From an uncultured Rhodobacteraceae bacterium (GTDB lineage Bacteria; Pseudomonadota; Alphaproteobacteria; Rhodobacterales; Rhodobacteraceae): a stretch of 64,000 nucleotides of DNA. The number at the start of each line of letters is the position of its first letter. Position 1 is the stretch's first letter. The stretch lies in contig CALKOT010000013.1 of the NCBI GenBank assembly GCA_938092015.1, positions 1,109 to 65,108 on the forward strand, in the 5' to 3' direction. The notes beneath the pieces were generated by a model. That model made no database searches, was not told where the DNA came from, and was given only the letters and a program-made list of their open reading frames with translations. The position numbers and the translations under genes are program-made. Below, piece by piece: positions 35,622 to 45,664 of this stretch.

Positions 35622-37580
35622 TCAGGCGGCGGCCTGATCTTCGGCCCCAACCAGACCGACGATATCGAACATGATCTTGTTCAAGTCGAAGTCTTTGGGC
35701 GTGTAGACTTTGGCCACACCTTTCGCCAGCAACAGGTCCGCATCTGCATCGGGAATGATACCACCGACAACGACTGGAATTGAAAGGTTCTGCTTCGTCA
35801 TCCGGTCCATCACTTCCTCAATTAGCGGAACGTGAGAGCCTGAAAGAATAGATAATCCAATGACATGCGCATCTTCTTCAACGGCACGCTTTAAGATTTC
35901 CTCAGGCGTCATGCGAATGCCTTCATAGGTCACGTCAATGCCGCTGTCGCGGGCGCGTACGGCGATCTGCTCAGCGCCGTTGGAATGACCATCGAGGCCC
36001 GGTTTGCCAACGATGAACTTCATCCGGCGGCCCAGTTTCGCGGACACTACGTCGACAGCCTCTCGGATGTCATCAAGGCCCTGCGCAGCGTTAGAGATGG
36101 CTTTGCCTACGCCGGTAGGGGCGCGATATTCGCCAAACTCGGCCCGCATCGCAAAGCCCCATTCACCGGTGGTTACGCCTGCTTTGGCGCACTCGATTGA
36201 GGCTGGCATGATGTTGCGGCCTTCGCGAGCTGCGGCGCGGAGGCCTGCCAGCGCAGCCGTAACCGCATCATTATCGCGCGCATCGCGCCATTCGTTCAGG
36301 CGGTCGATCTGTTCCTGCTCAACCGCTGGGTCGACGACCATGATGCCGCCGTCGCCGCCTGTCAGGGGGCTATCCTCACCGTTCTGGAACTTGTTAACGC
36401 CGACAACCGTCGTCTCGCCGGTCTCAATCCGTCCAAGGCGCGCCGAGTTACTGTTGACCAGCTGGCTTTTCATATATTCGATGCAGGCGACCGCACCGCC
36501 CATGCTGTCGATGGTCTTCAGTTCTTCGCGGGCGCCAGCTTTCAGCGCCTCGACCTTCTTGTCTACCGCTGGGTTGCCGTCGAACAGATCATCGAATTCC
36601 AATAGATCCGTCTCATAGGCGAGGATCTGCTGCATCCGCAGCGACCATTGCTGATCCCAAGGGCGGGGCAGGCCGAGCGCTTCGTTCCACGCGGGAAGCT
36701 GCACGGCGCGGGCGCGGGCCTTTTTGGACAGCGTGACGGCCAACATCTCCATCAGGATGCGGTAAACGTTATTCTCTGGCTGCTGCTCGGTCAGGCCAAG
36801 GCTGTTCACCTGCACGCCATAGCGGAAGCGGCGCATTTTCTCTTCCGTGACGCCATAACGCTCCAGACAAATCTCATCCCAGAGATCGCAAAAGGCGCGC
36901 ATCTTGCACATCTCAGTAACGAACCGGATGCCAGCGTTAACGAAGAATGAGATCCGTCCGACGACACGCGGGAAATCTTCATCGCTGACCGCGCCCTGAA
37001 CTTTCACCGTGTCAAGAACAGCGATGGCGGTCGCCAGTGCAAAGGCAAGCTCTTGCTCAGGCGTCGCGCCAGCTTCCTGCAGGTGGTAGGAACACACGTT
37101 CATCGGGTTCCACTTCGGCGTGTTCTTGTAGGTCCAGGCTGCAATATCGCCGATCAGGCGCAGCGACGGCTCTGGTGGGAAGACGTAGGTGCCGCGCGAC
37201 AGGTATTCTTTGATGATGTCATTCTGCACCGTGCCTTGCAGCTTGGTGATGTCGGCGCCCTGTTCCTCAGCCGCCGCGACATACATCGCCAGCAGCCAGG
37301 CGGCGGTCGCGTTGATCGTCATTGAGGTGTTCATGTCCTCAAGTTTGATCTGATCGAACAGGGTGCGCATGTCTCCAAGGTGGCTGATTGGCACGCCCAC
37401 CTTACCAACTTCGCCGCGTGCCAAGACGTGATCGCTGTCATAGCCGGTCTGCGTCGGCAAATCGAAAGCGACGGAAAGGCCGGTCTGACCTTTGGCGAGG
37501 TTCGAGCGGTACAGCTCATTCGATGCCTTCGCGGTCGAATGGCCTGAATAGGTACGAAAGAGCCAGGGGCGATCAGTCAT
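35622..37580 (-). CDS. ecm: B12-dependent acyl-CoA mutase, single-chain, most likely ethylmalonyl-CoA mutase (MeaA/Ecm)
   Basis: 652 aa. Mutase TIM-barrel N-terminus (RTYSGHSTAKASNELYRSNLAKGQTGLSVAFDLPTQTGYDSDH) fused to a C-terminal cobalamin-binding domain (GKPGLDGHSNGAEQIA, the DxHxxG motif). Proximity to ccr supports Ecm rather than methylmalonyl-CoA mutase. Confidence 0.8.
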   Translation of the reverse strand: MTDRPWLFRTYSGHSTAKASNELYRSNLAKGQTGLSVAFDLPTQTGYDSDHVLARGEVGKVGVPISHLGDMRTLFDQIKLEDMNTSMTINATAAWLLAMYVAAAEEQGADITKLQGTVQNDIIKEYLSRGTYVFPPEPSLRLIGDIAAWTYKNTPKWNPMNVCSYHLQEAGATPEQELAFALATAIAVLDTVKVQGAVSDEDFPRVVGRISFFVNAGIRFVTEMCKMRAFCDLWDEICLERYGVTEEKMRRFRYGVQVNSLGLTEQQPENNVYRILMEMLAVTLSKKARARAVQLPAWNEALGLPRPWDQQWSLRMQQILAYETDLLEFDDLFDGNPAVDKKVEALKAGAREELKTIDSMGGAVACIEYMKSQLVNSNSARLGRIETGETTVVGVNKFQNGEDSPLTGGDGGIMVVDPAVEQEQIDRLNEWRDARDNDAVTAALAGLRAAAREGRNIMPASIECAKAGVTTGEWGFAMRAEFGEYRAPTGVGKAISNAAQGLDDIREAVDVVSAKLGRRMKFIVGKPGLDGHSNGAEQIAVRARDSGIDVTYEGIRMTPEEILKRAVEEDAHVIGLSILSGSHVPLIEEVMDRMTKQNLSIPVVVGGIIPDADADLLLAKGVAKVYTPKDFDLNKIMFDIVGLVGAEDQAAA

Positions 37581-37797
37581 GTTCGGTCCTTCAGAAGGAT
37601 TTGTCTATTGGGCTTATTGTGCAGCGCAGCGTAAAAAATAGAAAGCTAAGAAAATTGCGCAAGAGGCAATTTGGCGCAAAGATAATTACTCGAAAAAATT
37701 GAAATTGCTCAGGTGCGGTTTTACCTGCCTGACGGGCCAATTGAGTGCAAGCGCCGCCAGGGAAATGTTCCGTTCGCAGCAGACGAATTACTGGCCA

Positions 37798-39492
37798 CTA
37801 TGATTCCCCCTCTGGCATGCCCGCCAACCTCAATCCTTCGTAATATCTTTGCGTGCCCGGGGTTTCAGCAAATGCGTTGCGCTTCCAGCCCGCCTGAATT
37901 GAATCGCCGGGATTGATACGTTCATTTTCACGCAAAGCCGCCTGAGCCTCATCCATCCGGCCAAGATGCGCAGCGGCAGAAGCGATAACGCGGTGCAAAG
38001 TTGAAAATTCAGTCGTAAGCTCAAGCCCTCGGCGGGCTTCAAGGATCGCCTCTTCATCCTGACTTGCTTGAAGCATCGAAAAAGACAGCCCGGCGTTGGC
38101 AGCGACGCCGAATGGACTGAAATGGATCGTTTGGCCGCACTGGCGGAAGCATTCAATCGCCGGTTCCGGCTCACCCATCCAGGCGTATCCACAGCCGCTG
38201 AACAGAATGACTTCGATCGTGAATGGGGCCCGCCGCAACGCTGAACGGATTGCGCGTCTGAGGGCGGGCAGATCGCCAGCTTGCCTGAACTGTGCAATGC
38301 CAAGGGCAAGCTCGATCATTGGCGAAGCGTTTATGTGCACCCCAGCCCCAGTGCGCCACTGTACGAACCGATCCTGATACTGTTCCACCAGATTCTGGTA
38401 GCCGACGCTACTGGCGCATATGAAATAGACGATGGCATCCGAATATGCCTCTGCGAGGGTCGGGTCCTTTTCAACAGCCGCGGCATGATATTCCAGGGCT
38501 TTCGACATGGCTTTCCAGTCGACAAGCTCGACGCACATCAAACCAGATACGCTGCATTCTTCCGCGGACATTTCATCAATGCTTTTGCCAGCAAGGCGCC
38601 CACGTTCATGATCCAGCAACGCCGCCAGTGTCTGCGATGCAACCTCGCCGCCGATTTCATCCTGCCAGTCGAAGCTGTCGGCCAGGCTGCCATCATATTT
38701 GCCGGCCCAGATCTGTGCGCCATCGGATGCAGACAATCGTACATCCAATCGCAATCGGTCGCCCCGTGCTCGCAAGACGGATTCCAGTACGTGGGCCGCC
38801 GGCGACGGATCTTCTTGCACCGTTGATTTCAGCCAACGCGCCCCACCCAAGTAGCCGTCGAAGTCTGCGGTCAGCGCACTTGCCAGTTCAACAAGGTCTT
38901 CGCGCGCGTCTGAGGTAGAGATCGGTTGGATTGCAAGCCGAGGAAATCCCGATTGGGCAGACCGCGAATGGTTGGATGCCTGCTCAGCAGCTACTGAAGT
39001 ATCAGCGCCGCGGCCCCAAACCTGTACTGGCCGCGCGATGTGCTTTAATTCTCTCGTGCCAAGGTCATCAAACGAAGGCTGCAACGTGCCGTCGAGACTG
39101 CCATAAACAGCATCCGATATTGTCACTGCGCCAGGCGATGCGATCGCTTCAAGCCGGGCCGCAACGTTGACGCCATCCCCGAAGACGTCTTCGTCCTCGT
39201 GCACAATGTCACCAAGATGGATGCCAATTCTCAGTTGGACGAACTCATGCCCTTCCAATCGATCCTGAACCTGCATGGCGCAGGTTACAGCATCGATTGC
39301 CGCAGAGAATTCAACCAGCCACCCATCGCCCATTGATTTGACGATCTTTCCCCTGTGCCCTGAGACCGCAGGATTGAAGGCCTCAGACCGCAGAGACCGC
39401 AGCGCCGACAGCGTTTTATCCTGATCGGCGCTCATCAACGCCGAATAGCCAACAACGTCGGCGGCAAGAATGGCGGCTAGACGGCAGTTCAT
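37798..39492 (-). CDS. class III adenylate/guanylate cyclase with a large C-terminal TPR-like region
   Basis: The ATG at 39492 gives MNCRLAAILAADVVGYSALMSADQ... with GDGWLVEF and IGIHLGDIVHEDEDVFGDGVNVAARLE (CHD domain). About 380 aa of helical-repeat-like sequence follow. The track's 39639 start adds a basic, non-conserved-looking extension. Confidence 0.85.
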   Translation of the reverse strand: MNCRLAAILAADVVGYSALMSADQDKTLSALRSLRSEAFNPAVSGHRGKIVKSMGDGWLVEFSAAIDAVTCAMQVQDRLEGHEFVQLRIGIHLGDIVHEDEDVFGDGVNVAARLEAIASPGAVTISDAVYGSLDGTLQPSFDDLGTRELKHIARPVQVWGRGADTSVAAEQASNHSRSAQSGFPRLAIQPISTSDAREDLVELASALTADFDGYLGGARWLKSTVQEDPSPAAHVLESVLRARGDRLRLDVRLSASDGAQIWAGKYDGSLADSFDWQDEIGGEVASQTLAALLDHERGRLAGKSIDEMSAEECSVSGLMCVELVDWKAMSKALEYHAAAVEKDPTLAEAYSDAIVYFICASSVGYQNLVEQYQDRFVQWRTGAGVHINASPMIELALGIAQFRQAGDLPALRRAIRSALRRAPFTIEVILFSGCGYAWMGEPEPAIECFRQCGQTIHFSPFGVAANAGLSFSMLQASQDEEAILEARRGLELTTEFSTLHRVIASAAAHLGRMDEAQAALRENERINPGDSIQAGWKRNAFAETPGTQRYYEGLRLAGMPEGES

Positions 39493-39650
39493 GTAAATCT
39501 CCCCAAGATCGTGACCATAGCTACGGGTGGTCGGGTTTCCAATCGCCGTCGCCGCAGTTGTAGTCCCCAAGTTTGAATGGGGCTTTGGGGTGGGCTGAAG
39601 TTTCGTCCGTCGCTTGCATCTGGCCTCGACCCGCCGCAAAGCTGTTTGTC

Positions 39651-41033
39651 ATGACCGGCGTGATTGAACTTCCATATTGGGTGGCTTTGCTGGGCGGGAT
39701 CGCCGCTGCCATCGCCATTCTGGACCGTGTCCTTGGCCCGTCGTTCAAATGGCTGATGCGAAAGCGGCTGCACAAGGCGGTCGATCAGATGAACGATCGG
39801 CTCAGCCTGCGCATCCAGCCCTTCAAGCTGATCCAACGTAAAGAGCTTGTCGACAGACTGGTTTACGACCCGGAGGTCGTGACTGCCGCGGACCAGCATG
39901 TTCATGAAACCGGTATGCCGCATGATCTGGTGATGAAGCAGGTTCGCACATATGCGCGTGAGATTGTCCCTAGTTTTTCGGCCCACATGTATTTCTTGAT
40001 TGGCGCGAAAGTGTCGAAATGGATCAGCCGGATGCTATACCGCGTGCGCCTTGGTGCGATGGACGAAAAAGGGCTGGCGGCGGTTGATGGCGACGCGACG
40101 GTGGTTTTTGTGATGAACCACAAGTCCAACATCGATTACTTGTTGGTCACGTATCTTGCCTCAACATCCTCGGCCCTCTCCTATGCAGTAGGGGAGTGGG
40201 CGCAGGTTTGGCCATTGAACCAGGTGATCCGGGCGATGGGCGCGTATTTTATCCGCCGCCGGTCACGTGATGAGCTTTATCGCACGGTCCTGCGCCGTTA
40301 TGTTCAGTTGGCGACCGAGGGCGGAGTTGCACAAGCAATCTTTCCGGAAGGTGGGCTTAGCCGCTCTGGCGCGCTGGGGCCGCCGAAGCTGGGGCTGATT
40401 TCGTACATTCATTCAGGGTTTGATCCCAATGGCCGCGATGTCGTGTTTGTGCCCGTTGGCCTGAATTACGACCGCGTGCTTGAAGATCGCATTCTGATGC
40501 GCGCCGACAGCAGCAAGGACGGCAAAGCCAGGTTCAAGGTCAGCATCCTTACTTCAGTTGGGTTTGTGTTTGGCGTGATTTGGGGGCGGATCACCGGATC
40601 TGTGAACCGGTTCGGTTATGCCTGTGTCAGCTTCGGCGCGCCTCTGTCGTTGAAGGAGTTTCTATCAGAGGCTCGCGGCGAAGACGAAGTTGAGGCGCTG
40701 GGCCGTGAACTTGCCCGCCGCATCGGTGTTGTCGTGCCGATCCTGCCCACATCGCTGATCGCGACTGTTCTGCAGGGTAGCGATCCCAGGACGCTGGATG
40801 AAATCAAGGCAAGTGCTTCTGAATTGGCTGATGAGTTGGTTCAGGCGGGCGGTCACCATCATGTACCCCGATCTGATTTCGACTATGCGGTTGAAGTAGG
40901 TCTCAGGATGCTGACGCGTCGGTATATCGTGGTCGAAACCAACGGTCGTTATGTTGTGGCTGAAGGTGAGGACAACACACTAGCCTTTTACGCTAATTCC
41001 ATCGCTCACTTACCTGGCCATCCAACGACCTGA
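39651..41033 (+). CDS. GPAT/PlsB-like glycerolipid acyltransferase
   Basis: The ATG at 39651 gives an N-terminal TM helix. The acyltransferase HX4D motif is VMNHKSNIDYLL, with later FPEGGLSRSG. About 460 aa. Confidence 0.8.
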   Translation: MTGVIELPYWVALLGGIAAAIAILDRVLGPSFKWLMRKRLHKAVDQMNDRLSLRIQPFKLIQRKELVDRLVYDPEVVTAADQHVHETGMPHDLVMKQVRTYAREIVPSFSAHMYFLIGAKVSKWISRMLYRVRLGAMDEKGLAAVDGDATVVFVMNHKSNIDYLLVTYLASTSSALSYAVGEWAQVWPLNQVIRAMGAYFIRRRSRDELYRTVLRRYVQLATEGGVAQAIFPEGGLSRSGALGPPKLGLISYIHSGFDPNGRDVVFVPVGLNYDRVLEDRILMRADSSKDGKARFKVSILTSVGFVFGVIWGRITGSVNRFGYACVSFGAPLSLKEFLSEARGEDEVEALGRELARRIGVVVPILPTSLIATVLQGSDPRTLDEIKASASELADELVQAGGHHHVPRSDFDYAVEVGLRMLTRRYIVVETNGRYVVAEGEDNTLAFYANSIAHLPGHPTT

Positions 41034-41428
41034 TAGGCGTGCGAGCGCTATAGTAGGTTGTTGGACGAGCGTCGATCTCACGGCGATTGATCCTCAGACT
41101 GGTTATCATCCTGTTTTTCGCGATCCTGGGCCTGGTTTATCGGTGGGCTGCGCTTTGGTCAGACGTCGCATCAAGCGGTCTGGGATCGCGCCTTGCCTTA
41201 GCTTGGTCACCAACATCGACATGGCTGCTGTTACAGGGGTAAGATAGATGCGCCTTTACCGCTAACGCCTCTAAGATTTAGCTGCAAATTGATCAAGACT
41301 GAGGTAATTAGGTTGCGGTGCACAAAAATGCTTGCGTGAAAATTTGGATAATGTAATTAGCGATTTATATCGCGAAACGAACGAATGTTGCGCGCAATTA
41401 TCGATGCGACCCAGTTAGGAGACTGATC

Positions 41429-42688
41429 ATGGCCTTGGATGACGCAACCAAAGACCTCTACGAAATTGGCGAACTCCCTCCGCTGGGTCACGTGCCAAAG
41501 CAGATGTACGCGTGGGCAATCCGACGTGAGCGCCATGGTGAACCAGACACCGCCATGCAGGTCGAAGTTGTCGATACGCCAACGCTGGACAGCCACGAAG
41601 TTCTAGTCCTAGTGATGGCGGCGGGCGTCAACTACAATGGCGTCTGGGCCTCGCGCGGTGAGCCTATCAGCCCGTTTGATGGTCACGGTCAGCCGTTCCA
41701 CATTGCAGGTTCTGATGCGTCCGGCATCATTTGGGCGGTTGGCGACAAGGTAAAGCGCTGGAAGATTGGCGACGAAGTTGTCATCCACTGCAATCAGGAT
41801 GATGGCGACGACGAAGAATGCAACGGCGGCGATCCGATGTTCTCAACCTCGCAGCGGATCTGGGGTTACGAGACGCCCGACGGGTCCTTTGCGCAGTTCA
41901 CCAATGTGCAGGCGCAGCAGTTGATGAGGCGCCCGGCGCATCTGACATGGGAAGAAGCGGCTTGTTACACGCTGACGCTGGCGACGGCATACCGGATGCT
42001 GTTCGGCCATCACCCGCATGAATTGAAGCCTGGCCAGAATGTTCTGGTTTGGGGCGCATCAGGCGGTCTGGGGTCTTACGCAATCCAGTTGGCGAATACG
42101 GCGGGGGCCAATGCAATTGGCGTCATCTCGGACGAATCCAAGCGTGATTTCGTGATGCAGATGGGCGCCAAGGGTGTCATTAACCGCAAGGATTTCGACT
42201 GTTGGGGGCAGCTACCGAAGGTGAACTCCCCCGAATATGTTATGTGGAACAAGGAAGCGCGCAAATTCGGTAAGGCGATCTGGGAGATCACGGGCAAAGG
42301 CGTCAATGTCGACATGGTGTTTGAGCATCCGGGCGAATCCACGTTCCCCGTCAGCTCATTAGTGGTGAAAAAAGGCGGAATGGTCGTGATCTGCGCAGGC
42401 ACCACCGGGTTCAACTGTACTTTCGACGTACGCTACATGTGGATGCACCAGAAGCGCCTGCAGGGCAGCCATTTTGCAAACCTCAAACAGGCCAGCTCAG
42501 CCAACCAGTTGATGCTGGAACGCCGTCTAGATCCCTGTATGTCTGAGGTTTTTGACTGGAAAGACATTCCGGCAGCGCACATGAAAATGGCGCGGAATGA
42601 ACACCTTCCCGGCAACATGGCCGTACTGGTCTGCGCACCGATGACCGGACTTCGCACAGTTGAGGACGCGCGCGCCCACGGGGCGTAA
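41429..42688 (+). CDS. ccr: crotonyl-CoA carboxylase/reductase
   Basis: 419 aa. The N-terminus (KDLYEIGELPPLGHVPKQMYAWAIRRERHG) is characteristic of Ccr, the body is an MDR-family fold with VLVWGASGGLGSYAIQLA, and ecm is nearby. Confidence 0.9.
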   Translation: MALDDATKDLYEIGELPPLGHVPKQMYAWAIRRERHGEPDTAMQVEVVDTPTLDSHEVLVLVMAAGVNYNGVWASRGEPISPFDGHGQPFHIAGSDASGIIWAVGDKVKRWKIGDEVVIHCNQDDGDDEECNGGDPMFSTSQRIWGYETPDGSFAQFTNVQAQQLMRRPAHLTWEEAACYTLTLATAYRMLFGHHPHELKPGQNVLVWGASGGLGSYAIQLANTAGANAIGVISDESKRDFVMQMGAKGVINRKDFDCWGQLPKVNSPEYVMWNKEARKFGKAIWEITGKGVNVDMVFEHPGESTFPVSSLVVKKGGMVVICAGTTGFNCTFDVRYMWMHQKRLQGSHFANLKQASSANQLMLERRLDPCMSEVFDWKDIPAAHMKMARNEHLPGNMAVLVCAPMTGLRTVEDARAHGA

Positions 42689-42708
42689 GCCAGCAGCAAA
42701 GTCTGAGG

Positions 42709-42742
42709 ACAAGCCGGGGTTTTTCCCGGCTTGTTCTGTTTT
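42709..42742 (+). terminator. rho-independent terminator after ccr
   Basis: Perfect 10-bp stem ACAAGCCGGG/CCCGGCTTGT with a 6-nt loop, followed by TCTGTTTT. Confidence 0.7.
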
Positions 42743-42861
42743 GGCCTGCCTCTTTCCAAATGGTAGTAAGCCGGCATTAACCAGAGCAGCGTTATCGTTC
42801 GTCATTGGCGCTGTCCGGACGTTCTTCCTGCATGCGCTGGGCGGGTGAAGGGCGTTATTGG

Positions 42862-43227
42862 ATGAATGAGGCTGCGAACAGGCACAGCGCAGACCAGGGA
42901 CCTGCCTCAGCATCCTCAGGGCCTGACCGGAAGTGGCTTGCCAAAACGCGGTTTTCCTTCGCGGCATACCTTGTTCTTGGCTTTTTCCTCGCGTCGGGAT
43001 TAGCGCTGTCTGTAGCGTACATTTCCTTCATCGGCATCGCAGGATCCGCCCGTCTCGGGGCGGTAAGTGAATTGGATCTGTCTGGTAAAGACGCCCTTTC
43101 GGCGATGATGACCTATATCGGCGCATCGATCCTGCTGGCGCTCTTGTCGGGGTTTACTCTGATCTATGCGCTTGGTCGCCATATGGTACTTGGGCCCCAC
43201 ATCGCTTTACGCCTGTCGCGTGAATAA
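42862..43227 (+). CDS. two-TM membrane module, probably the detached N-terminal sensor/anchor of the downstream histidine kinase
   Basis: Two hydrophobic helices (FSFAAYLVLGFFLASGLALSVAYISFI ; MMTYIGASILLALLSGFTLIYAL). It ends in ...HIALRLSRE, then TAA, and the kinase ATG follows immediately in the same frame. Confidence 0.5.
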   Translation: MNEAANRHSADQGPASASSGPDRKWLAKTRFSFAAYLVLGFFLASGLALSVAYISFIGIAGSARLGAVSELDLSGKDALSAMMTYIGASILLALLSGFTLIYALGRHMVLGPHIALRLSRE

Positions 43228-45495
43228 ATGCGGGAAAGCGAGGCGCATGCACGACGGTTAGCCTTGGTGGCTGAACAGGCCTCAGATCTTGTGATCATCT
43301 ATGATAGAGATGGCAACATTATCTGGGTCAACAAGGCGTTCGAATACACTACGGGCTATACGCCCGATGAGGTTATCGGTCGAAAACCGGGTGATTTCCT
43401 CACTGGTGGCAAGTCAGATCCCGTTACAGGCCAGCGCATCGAAGACGCTATGCGCAAGGGCGAACCAGTTTCGGCGCAGATCATCAACTACTCAAAATCT
43501 GGTCGAGAATATCTGGTTGAAATCAATATTTCTCCGGTCAAATGCGAAGATGGCGAGTTGACGAATTTCATCACCGTCGAACGCGCTCTCACTGAGCGGC
43601 ACAGGGCTGAACGACGTCTAAGGGACGCGGTTGAGATACTGCAGGATGGGTTCACCATCTATGACAGCGAAGACCGGCTGGTGATGTTCAATCGCGCATA
43701 TGAAAAGATGCTGGGGATGGAAGGGTGCCTGAAAGAGGGGATGAGCCTTGCAGAGGTTGGGTTTCACTTAAACCAGGCCGGTTTGATCTGCCTGGACGGT
43801 GGCACAGTTGACGATTGGGCGAAAGAATATGCCCGCACGATGCGATCTGGGGCGAGAGAGCACACCTATGCTAGTCGGAATGAACGTGTTCTCTTTATTC
43901 GCGATAGGGAAACCCAGCAGGGGGAACTCGTGTCGTTGCGAACTGATGTCACTGAGCTGCGCGAGGCGCGCCGCAACGCAGAGGAAGCAGGCGAGGCGAA
44001 ATCACGTTTCTTCGCCAACATTACTCACGAAGTCCGCACGCCGTTGAACGGGGTTATCGCGATGGCTGAGTTGTTACTGGAAGGCGATCTTTCAGAACCA
44101 CAGCGATCGGGTCTGCAACTAATTTCGCAATCAGGATCATCGCTTTTGATCCTCATCAATGATATTCTGGACTATTCAAAAATCGAAGTCGGCAAAATGA
44201 CGATCCAGCCAGCGCCTTTCGATGTCATTGAGGCGATAGAAAACGTTGTCGCGCTGCTGGCGCCCGAGGCCCAAAAACAAAACAATGAGATTGCGTTCCG
44301 GTTTGATCCTTCGATGCCTCGCTTGATTTTGGGCGACCACGGGCGAATTCGCCAAATTGCTACAAACCTGGTCGGAAACGCGATCAAGTTCACCTCTGGC
44401 GGCGAAATCGTAGTTCGATTGGGTGGTGATCAGATCGACGAAGATGTTGAGCTGCTGCTAGAGGTCGAAGACAGCGGCGTTGGCATCTCTGATGAAGGTT
44501 TGGGCGTCATCTTCCAGCCATTTGAACAAATGGATGGCCCGATGAGGCAGGATGGCTCAGGCCTTGGCCTGTCTATTTGCCGGCAGCTTGCTGACCTGAT
44601 GGATGGAGAGCTTAGCGCAAGCTCAGTGTTGGATCAGGGATCAACGTTTCGGTTCGCTGCACCATTCCCGCGTCTGGAAGGTGGTGCGACAGTGTTCGAA
44701 CCGCTGAAAGATGCGGGCGCGATTGCTATCTTTGGTTCGGGGGTTCAGGTTGAATCGCTTGCGTCGCAAATCGGCGCGCTTGACGGTCGGATTGCGGCAG
44801 AAGGCGAACGCCCTTCTCTGAATGTCATTTCCCTGCCGCGTGACGGCAAGATGCCGGCAGATATTCAGGGTTACGCGGATGCGCCCGTCATCATCGTCGC
44901 GCCGCAAAATACCACCGCCCCGGTAGGTTTGGCCGATGGGTTCCCTAAAGGTGTAAGCTTTTTACGTCGTCCGGTGCGCACAGGCATCCTGGCCAGCAAG
45001 ATCGCAAAATTCCTGGATGGTGAGGTAAAAGCAGGGAAACCTGTTGTCGAACGTCGACGCAAAATTCGGGAGATGGACAAGCCGCTTGTTCTGGTCGCCG
45101 AAGACAACGCCACAAATGCCGCCATCATACGTGCGATGCTGGCCGACCAGTCCATACGGGTTGAGATCTATCCTGATGGCGGTAGTGCAGTTGAGGCATT
45201 TGAACGAACCTCGCCAGCTGTTGTTCTGATGGATATTCAGCTTCCCGATATGACAGGGTACGAGGCGACACAACGGATCCGGGCCTTTGAAGAAATGCAG
45301 CGGCGGGCAACGACGCCAATCATCGCCGCGACGGCGTCTTCACGACCTGAGGATCAGCAGGCTTGCTTCGATGCAGGTCTTGATGACTTTATCTCTAAGC
45401 CGCTCAATAAGCAGCAATTATGCGCAAAGCTAACCTATTGGATCAGTCAGTCGGATGAACTGAGTGATGATACCAAACATCGTATCGCCGGTTAG
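43228..45495 (+). CDS. hybrid sensor histidine kinase/response regulator (PAS-PAS-HisKA-HATPase-...-REC)
   Basis: 755 aa with PAS segments (IIYDRDGNIIWVNKAFEYTTGYTPDEVIGRKPGDF), the H-box FFANITHEVRTPLNG, N/G boxes (NLVGNAIKFT, DSGVGI, GSGLGLSI) and a C-terminal receiver (LVAEDNATNAAI...VLMDIQLPDMTGYEAT...SKPL). Confidence 0.9.
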   Translation: MRESEAHARRLALVAEQASDLVIIYDRDGNIIWVNKAFEYTTGYTPDEVIGRKPGDFLTGGKSDPVTGQRIEDAMRKGEPVSAQIINYSKSGREYLVEINISPVKCEDGELTNFITVERALTERHRAERRLRDAVEILQDGFTIYDSEDRLVMFNRAYEKMLGMEGCLKEGMSLAEVGFHLNQAGLICLDGGTVDDWAKEYARTMRSGAREHTYASRNERVLFIRDRETQQGELVSLRTDVTELREARRNAEEAGEAKSRFFANITHEVRTPLNGVIAMAELLLEGDLSEPQRSGLQLISQSGSSLLILINDILDYSKIEVGKMTIQPAPFDVIEAIENVVALLAPEAQKQNNEIAFRFDPSMPRLILGDHGRIRQIATNLVGNAIKFTSGGEIVVRLGGDQIDEDVELLLEVEDSGVGISDEGLGVIFQPFEQMDGPMRQDGSGLGLSICRQLADLMDGELSASSVLDQGSTFRFAAPFPRLEGGATVFEPLKDAGAIAIFGSGVQVESLASQIGALDGRIAAEGERPSLNVISLPRDGKMPADIQGYADAPVIIVAPQNTTAPVGLADGFPKGVSFLRRPVRTGILASKIAKFLDGEVKAGKPVVERRRKIREMDKPLVLVAEDNATNAAIIRAMLADQSIRVEIYPDGGSAVEAFERTSPAVVLMDIQLPDMTGYEATQRIRAFEEMQRRATTPIIAATASSRPEDQQACFDAGLDDFISKPLNKQQLCAKLTYWISQSDELSDDTKHRIAG

Positions 45496-45664
45496 GGCAG
45501 GGTCCCTAGATCGCAGTACGTCTTTGTGGTGGGCGTCCGATTAACGCGGTGAAACTTCGTTGATGAGCTTGCCACTCTCGACCCCCGGCGCGGATGGCCG
45601 TATGACCGATTGAATAGTGGCGCCAACAGTCACGTTAGCCATCTCAGCCGGAATATCCCGATCC

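Noticed and set aside
41087-41242. Unlisted 52-codon TTG-initiated ORF upstream of ccr encoding a hydrophobic peptide (LILRLVIILFFAILGLVYRWAALW...).
   Set aside because: No ribosome-binding site, a weak start codon, unremarkable third-position composition and no recognisable family. It may be a remnant or chance ORF.
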